Of a stretch of 64,000 nucleotides of DNA, positions 60,001-64,000 are shown one piece after another. The notes below the pieces were generated by a model. The model was given only the letters and a program-made list of their open reading frames with translations. It made no database searches and was not told where the DNA came from. How positions within the stretch are numbered: the stretch's first letter is position 1; each line of letters opens with the position of its first letter. The stretch comes from Ylistrum balloti. Lineage: Eukaryota. Both the position numbers and the translations under genes were made by a program. Where the stretch lies: the NCBI RefSeq assembly GCF_031769215.1, contig NW_026782091.1, forward strand, positions 1,054,001-1,118,000, read 5' to 3'.

Positions 60001-61852
60001 GTACGTGTTATTTTTACATTGTGTTTCATCTGCTGTGTATATCTCACTAAAACTTGACTAGGGAAGGTTTCACACAGGATTTCTACTCCCTACTTTCATA
60101 CGGACTATTTTGAATAGCAAGGATTTCGTATTTTAGACAGCACAACAGATCCGTAGGTGAATATTATGAGCATTCCCAAAATGTCTTATGTGTGTGGAAA
60201 TTCTATGGATTATCGAATGAGGAACCTTGGGTGTATTTTATTATACTCGTATGGTGAAGCGTTGTTTATTTTGTTGTGTGAAAACGTGTTTATAAATTCC
60301 GCTGGTAATGTGTAAAAATATTCTCACTTTTATGAATGTTTTCAGTATCAGTAATTGTTTGTTTTTTGTACTGAACCGATATCGATTTAGGTGTTACCAA
60401 CAATCATGAAAAAATCCAATTACCAGTTTTAATTGATGAGAGCAGGTGCTCGATAGTACGAGTACGGCTTCGGTTTACAATGACAGCATTTATCGTTAAT
60501 AACGTAATGAATCAAACGATATTATGAAATTTCATGTCCAACATTCTTCAAACGAAGAAAATAACAAACGAAAAGTAATGGATAAACCCGTGATTTTACT
60601 GCTGTATAACTTCTATAAACAATAATACATTGAAATTTATAAGAGCACTTCCTAACATGAATAGTCATATATGCACTGTGAAGAATTTTGTTTTATTGAT
60701 AAATTCACTAATTGTGTATATCTTCTATGTGTAAAAAATGAAGAAATTTGTCATTTAATTTTTTGCTAAATAAAGCAGTACAAATGAAAACGCAATGAAA
60801 ACTTTTCATTTTAACACAAAGTACAACAATGTTGATATTCTTATTTTTATACCGTTTCCCCCTTCTTGGCCCCCGATATTTGCATAGGCTATAATGGCGG
60901 CCTCATGTCCTCTGTGTGGATTGTGGTAATACCGAACAATTTCACTAATTCTTGCTGTAAACGGTGCTGATTTCGTGATGTTAGAGAAAGAAATGTAAGT
61001 AAGGGGATATTTCTTAGCTGTTCGATAGATATATAAACATCGAAGACGTGTTTTATTCCAGATTTAACAATTCATTGTTTGTATTCGAGCTGCTTACACC
61101 GATGTGGGATTTCATTCAAAAAGAAACGGGGTCAGAAATTTGGTTGAAAGCCACAAACTTGAGAATCGACTGATATGCACAAATACAATTGTAATGATAT
61201 TTCATGAAGAATATATGAAGTGAAAATAGAAATTATATGACTCCATTTTGCTATAGGCAGTCATTGATGTTTTCATAGTGTTGGGGGATGAAGGAAAGCA
61301 CCTCCATAAATTCTACCTTGCCAACTTCTGATAAATTTGTTGTTAAGTTACATGTAAGCCCACCCAGTCACTCACTGCAGCTGCATAGGTAACTAAAATA
61401 CTACTATTTACGATAACATTTAACATAGACCATTTTATACTGCATACATGTGTACATGATTGATAATGTGCTTTTGACTATGAGATCAGAGGCATTAAAA
61501 ATTGGAACATTTGTTTTCAAAAGCTGAAAATTCTTATAATACAAGTGTGTAAATAAGTCATATAACTTTGATTGTGTATCTTTTGTAGCTTGCGGTCATG
61601 TTTAAACCCAGTACTACAAAGTGTTGTGGTTCGAATGATGTAATTTAATCCTTTTTATACATGCAAGAGGTGGGAAATGGAATGAACGCTATCTGCCTTA
61701 TTGAACACTTGATGGTTGTGTCCAAGATGAAATTAGGATATTGTATAATACTCCTGCGATAGATATTGCTCAAAATATTAAATCTTTGTTTCAATTTTAG
61801 ATGATGACTTGACACTTTGATCTCTTCGTTGGACCAGTACCATGTCTGCAAG

Positions 61853-62817
61853 ATGACAAGCAAAGTACATCAGTTCCTCAATGAGTCAGGGGGAAGCAAC
61901 TTTACGGAGTCCGCTATCCGACCCCCAGTCTACGGCGAGGAAAATGAACTGGTTTCGAACGGAGGAGTCTCTACACGGAGTAGTGGCTCGCACAAAAGCC
62001 AGTTGTCAAACAAAAGTCAGACATCCTCCAAGAGTATGGGGTCCAACCGAGGAGATTCCCCTGCTGTTACTCCCCGTCGGTCCAACAAGTCCGCCCAGTC
62101 AATGAGTGTAAGCTGCATAGACGATGACGACATGGCCCCTCTGGGCTTTGAACCAGAGGGGAGTGCCTCAAGTTCGCCACCGTTCAATGAGAACAGTACT
62201 CCGTCTTTCATGAAATGGGCAGAGAATTTCAATTATTTACTTGAGGATTTACAAGGTGTAGAGCAATTTCGGAACTTCTTGGTCCAAGAAGGTCTTGGGT
62301 CATATGCTGTGGAATTCTGGTTTGCTTGCCAGGGTCTGAAAAAGAAGGATTCTGGTGAAAGCATTGCAAATGTGATACGTGTGATTCATAAAAAGTATAT
62401 TAAATCGGATAAACTGCCGTGTATAAGTGAAGCTACAAAAAAGGATATACATGATAAGTTACAAAAACGTGTGGACCTCAATCGTGAGATTTTCGATGAG
62501 GCACAGACGGAAGTGGAACAAGACATGCGGAATAATACCTATCCATTATTTATAAAATCTGATTTGTATGTGCAATATGTCCAGAAGGGTGGGGAGAGTC
62601 CCAAGAGCAGTAACACCTCAAGTGGGTCCATTACACGGCCAGTGTCTGTTGGACCTCTTCCCACGCTTATGGAGGACCAAGAACTTCAAACAAATGGGAC
62701 TCACCTGTCCTCGTCAGTATGTGGACCCCCTATTAGTGGTAAAAGTTCAAATGTGTCAAGGTCAAGCCAAGGGGAAAGTTCTGGTGCTAAAAAACACTCC
62801 TCAGAAGCCTTCAGTAG
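61853..62817 (+). CDS. AXIN: Axin, first coding exon (321 codons; gene continues beyond the window)
   Basis: Tankyrase-binding RPPVYGEE, conserved LGFEPEGSAS and a complete RGS domain (KWAENFNYLLEDLQGVEQFRNFL...EFWFACQGLKK...MRNNTYPLFIKSDLY). Acceptor at 61800; donor AG|GTAAGG at 62817/62818. Confidence 0.95.
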
Positions 62818-64000
62818 GTAAGGATCTCTCACAGCCTTTACTACTTGTTGTTTTACTTACAGATTGTGGATTTCGGTTCAACAACTTGGTAATGAAAGTG
62901 GAAGAGGAATCGGAGGTCATCTTAAGATGATCAGTACCAAACTGAAGTAGGAATACAAAATGTTAAGATCAGTGGTATACATCACTTAAAATCTAGTGCC
63001 AATTTCATTTTAATTTCATAGTACCATAAAATTACAAGAGATACAAGTGACTTGTCAGCTTTACAAAGACTTCTTGCAACACAAGGTTGTATCTTGATGT
63101 ATTACCTGATGAAAGGTGATTTGTTTCAACTGGATTGACTAAAAGAATGGACCTGGGTTGGTTGATGGGGGAGGGGGGGGGGGGGTGTAGCGCCTTGGGG
63201 TTCAAGGGAAGCGCCCTTGTCTTAGAGTCAAGGGAGGCGAAGCACCATTAGTTTGAACATACTGACATGGGAACATCTGAACTGTCAACAACATGCAACA
63301 TGTCAAATATAGATAACAAACACTAAGTTGATTAAGCATATTAAATTTAATGAACTGTCAGAGTTTATTAGATTTTAAAAAATTAGACTAATTGTGGACT
63401 GTCGGCGCAAATCAGTGAAGTAGTAACAGACTTAAGTTGTCAGACGTTGAATTCTGGCAAACCTTGACAAAGTTTGTGAAGACCTTTTAACATTTGTAGG
63501 CAAGTCCGGAATTATTCCTGAAATGTGACATTGAAAAAAGGATGAACTAGTTTGTCAACATGTACCCACCAGGCCCACACACAAGGTCCCAGAGTTAACA
63601 AGTGTAACATCTTACTTGTTCATTTTTAATGTATTAGTGTCTTAATATAACCAACACGCTGAGAAATCTTTTTCAGTCAGATTTTTTTTGTAAAACTATG
63701 TTTGGTGAAAACAACTGGCCAAAATCAAATTACAGAGGGGTTAATCGGCCGATAGCCGGATATTGTTGATAACCCGGAGGTTTAAAATATGTGGTACATA
63801 ATAAGCATCTGTAAGTGTATTGTAAGAAATGCATGTGTACCACATTACCTTATAGTGTGGAACATTTCTATAAAACTGGCTGTTTTCCCAAAATTTTAAT
63901 AAATGATTCTTTGATTAAAGTTGCACTGTATGACTCAAGCTTGATCAAACAATCAGTGGTAATTAGTACACATAGTGGAATATACCCTAACACCCTTGTA

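Overview
AT-rich, intron-containing animal genomic DNA. The repeat families suggest a bivalve mollusc (inference). There are no prokaryotic features, CRISPR arrays, rRNA or intact tRNA genes. Seven protein-coding loci were reconstructed by hand from splice sites and frame continuity: BRI3 (+, 3 coding exons), PDCD2L (-, 6 exons), mLST8 (+, 9 exons, head-to-head with PDCD2L across 210 bp, with a U12-type first intron), three tandem single-coding-exon PAQR/membrane-progestin-receptor-like genes (-), and the first coding exon of Axin (+, runs off the window). The rest is degraded L1/Tx1 and CR1-type LINEs, non-autonomous Helentron/HINE-like elements, SINE heads and minisatellites. The most unusual observations are: (1) two PDCD2L introns begin with tandem arrays that multiply the exon end plus the 5' splice site (about 72 x 47 bp and 11 x 61 bp); (2) PAQR copy 2 is truncated by a 1-nt deletion while its paralog-homologous tail stays open in the shifted frame, and copies 2 and 3 share an apparent gene-conversion tract; (3) TCF/LEF sites cluster densely upstream of Axin, whose leader also carries uORFs; (4) a decayed Penelope-type hammerhead ribozyme. 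All counts and alignments were done by eye.
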